A DNA stretch of 20,000 nucleotides from Psammoneis japonica (Eukaryota): contig QPGO01000005.1 of assembly GCA_008632985.1 (NCBI GenBank), forward strand, positions 495,863 to 515,862, written 5' to 3'. The notes beneath the pieces were generated by a model. The model did no database searches. It was given only the letters and a program-made list of their open reading frames with translations, and was not told where the DNA came from. Shown here in pieces: positions 17,068-20,000 of this stretch. Both the position numbers and the translations under genes were made by a program. Positions within the stretch are counted from its first letter, which is position 1. Each line of letters opens with the position of its first letter.

Positions 17068-20000
17068 ATGTCCATGGATCCTGACACCGTCAAGATGTTT
17101 GCTGAGGCCTTCGCCAAGATGCAAACCTCGACCAACCCTCCTACGATCCCCACGCCGCTTCGCGGCGGTGTCCACCACTCTCATGGAGTGCATCTGGGCG
17201 GTTCGGCTCTGAACAACAAGTACGAGCAGACCGACACCCGCACCTGCCGTTTTGCCTCGCAACGTCGCCATCCGAAAGCTGTCGACTCCATCGAGCGATC
17301 TCTCAGAGATCAACTCGCCTCGGCAACCACATCCAAGTTCAACGGCCAGATTGAGTTATCCAACGGTTCCAGTGCTGAACTGGACAAAGACCACTTCGTC
17401 AAGACCATTCAGGACTTAATCGAGTTGCACGGACAAGAAACTTTCCACCATCTCAAGAAAGTCGACGGCAAGGTCGTGCACCTTTTTGATCATCTTCACG
17501 CCTTCACTGTCAAAGACCTTGAGAAGGAACATGAGACCCGTGTGGCGGCTACAGGTGACGAAGGCTACGATCAGGGGTCTGTCTCATTTGTGATGGCTCT
17601 GGATGCCTGCAACGCCAGTGCTCTGGTTGACGTCAAGGCCGCCAAGGAAAAGTTGAATGACTTAACTCTGGACAACTGCCCTGGCGAAGACTGCACCGAG
17701 CTTGCAACCGAAGCTCTGCGCCTGCTCAAGATCATGCAGACGGACCATGCGTCACCAGTTGAAACTGGGTCTGCCATTTTATCTAAGGCATCAAAGACAT
17801 CCTCCGAGTTTTTCAATCGTCAAGTTTTTGCCAAGCTCGACTCCGTCAAGCGCTTGGAGCGCAAACATCGCTTGCGTGACCCGGCAGAAGTCCCCAAGGA
17901 TGCCGACTGTGCGGATCTTGGACCTGTTGGCCTCATTGGCTGGATCACCAAGACCCATGGCGAACTCATTAGCGATGAAGATTGGCCTGCCTTAGCAGCC
18001 AAGCTCCCGGAATCCAACCTCGCCAAGGACCACTCGGAAAAGCATTGCCACGGCTGTGGCAAGGTTGGGTGCACCAAACGCACGTGTCCTGCCTGCAAGG
18101 AGCAATGCAAGAAGGACAAACAGGGCACGGCGGACAAGTCCAAGGATGACCCTCCGGATGTCCGGAAGACTAACCCTTCCAAGAAACCACCCAAGCCGGC
18201 CTGGCGTTTCGTTCACAAAGGTGCCACTGTCACCGACGAGAAAGGCACGACCTGGCACTGGTGCGACAAGTGTGTGAACAAGGAAACGGGCAAGAAGGGC
18301 ATGTGTCAAGGCCACTCCTCCGCTCAACACACCGGGAAACCGTCTGTCAACACCGACACCGCCGCTGCGGCAAATTTATCTGCTGTGTCGGACCCTTCTT
18401 CGGGCATTCCTTTTGGTCCTCCCGAGCAGACGACGTCTCCGCCTACAGACGAACCCTCTGACCCTAACGAGCTGGTTCATTGCGGCATGTGGTGTGCACC
18501 AGTGGACGACTCTTTGAGTTCGACTCCAGTGACTACGTCCGTCTCGTTCACTCCTGCTCCATCGGCCGAGAGGGAGACTGCCGTGGCCAAACCCACTCCC
18601 ATCTTGGTTGAAACGGTTGCCCCCGAAGACGCTGACGATTACTCCGAGTGCTCCGACGCTCACTCCTCTTTTGACTCCCTACCGTCAGCTATCGAGCTAT
18701 TTCCGGCCCACACCATGCACGAGATTCAAAATCCGGACGTGTTTTATGACACGATCGCAACTCACGTGGAAGGTCTGTCCGACGACGTGTTAGACGATCT
18801 CGTTTCCGGGGCAAGCATCCTACTTTTCGAAGACAGCTACGAGCACTTACCTCCAAGCACCCAGTGTCGCGGTTTCGAATTTTACGATCCCGAACCCCAA
18901 GATGTTGATTGTGGCGTCGAGGAGGCAACGCCGAGCTCTCGTCTTGAGCTTTTCTGGAACTTCTTGAAGCTCCGAGTTTTCTGGCTGTTTGCTATGTTCT
19001 GGGAAACGGTACTACACATTTGCTGTGCGCCGATTCCTGTCTTACCTCGTCGCATGCGCCGTAAGGCATTCATCCCAACCATTCACGGTTTCCCCTCTAC
19101 CTGGATGGTGCTGACTGGAGCTATCATGGTCTGGGCGTCTGTTTTCAACGGTCAGCCTCCCACGTATCCATTCTCCAATGTCCCTTCTCGCTTCTCCAAA
19201 GCTGGCTCTCAGGTCCACTCGATCATTGAAGAACTAGACGATAAGATGGTGTTAGATCCGGGCAGTTTGGTGGAATACAACAAGATCAAGGCGCGACAAG
19301 TGCTTACCGAATTTGTGGAGCGCGATCCGGACCATTATCTGAGCAAGAAATTCACGCGGCTCTGGGAGAACGACGCATGCTCTTCCCCAGGCCGCTGTAT
19401 CCCTCCAGCTCTAGAAGACCTCGAGTCCTACTTCGACACCTGTGATTCAGAGGAAGCCCTCGACCCGCTCCCGACCGAGCCGAGCCACTACTTTGATGCG
19501 GTTGAGGAGCTCTCTCCGGACTATTTTCGTTTCGACGAGCTGTCCACCAAGTTTGGTTTCGTGGACACCACTCCATGGCAAGACCCTGTGAAGCTTCTCC
19601 AGGCAGCTACTGACGGAACCGAAGCCCATCCTGCTCATACCTCTGTGCAGGTGTTGACGGGCCAACGCTCTTTAGCACAACTCGCCGCCGACCCGCAAGC
19701 TTTGCTGAGCCTAGCACATGAGCGCCACACCGTCATATGCGACACTGGCGCATCCCTGGCCATTGCTTACGATGAAAATGACTTTGTCGGACCTCCAACG
19801 ATCCCTGATGGCCCATTGAAGCTTGGGGGTCTAGCAAAGGGCTTAACCATCGCCGGCATCGGACCCGTCTCCTGGGTTTTCCATGACGAGGACGGCTCTG
19901 AGCTCGTCGTCAAGACGATGGCGTACATGCACCTCAGGCCGGACAACGTCTTCTATCCCCACAACGCCTCTACAGTAAGGAACATGGCGTGACAGGAAAA
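17068..20000 (+). pseudogene. Copia gag-pol polyprotein (gag, Zn knuckle, long spacer, protease), hypermutated and frameshifted at about 19927
   Basis: gag motifs MALDACNAS, PGED.TELATEALRL, TSSEFFNR and WPAL. Knuckle CHGCGKVGCTKRTC and second motif WHWCDKC...H....H. Protease VICDTGASLAI and LGGLAKGL.I.GIG. The conserved RLLSPQ continues in a shifted frame after 19927. Confidence 0.88.

Larger units (their letters stand above)
16582..20000 (+). mobile_element. Ty1/Copia LTR retrotransposon (CoDi-like), 5' part; continues beyond the window
   Basis: LTR-like segment, PBS-like motif, gag with Zn knuckle, and aspartic protease in gag-PR order. The left boundary is approximate. Confidence 0.88.

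Noticed and set aside
17570..18440. Classical RIP or CpG-methylation decay as the cause of the compositional skew
   Set aside because: RIP would raise TpA and add stop codons. CpG remains plentiful here while TpA is what is missing.
17068..18640. Alternative genetic code explaining the absence of Tyr
   Set aside because: Host genes in the window use TAC/TAT at conserved Tyr positions (e.g. CRCTGY, EHFYLE), and TA loss also affects non-Tyr codons and non-coding DNA.

Overview
Eukaryotic genomic DNA, very probably a diatom. This is inferred from short GT-AG introns, a bipartite plastid-targeting presequence and a CoDi-type Copia element. The middle of the window is a compact gene block: two intronless orphan genes (one ankyrin-like, one with a BTK-type Zn motif), a three-exon NDUFA8-like CX9C gene absent from the ORF track, a plastid-targeted DUF3598-like gene, a complete nine-exon xanthine dehydrogenase (1487 aa) divergent from a VOC/methylmalonyl-CoA epimerase-like gene, an orphan 177-aa ORF, and an acetamidase/formamidase whose 5' end is replaced by a Ty1/Copia LTR retrotransposon that runs off the right edge. 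The most striking signal is in the repeat-like DNA at both ends (1-940 and the retroelement gag). TpA is almost absent there, the survivors sit in TTA/TAA context, and expected Tyr/Leu/Val codons appear as Cys/His/Ser/Ala. This looks like a strand-symmetric TpA->TpG/CpA hypermutation restricted to repeats, the mirror image of fungal RIP, and is a candidate genome-defence system. All family calls come from motif recognition by eye, not from database searches.
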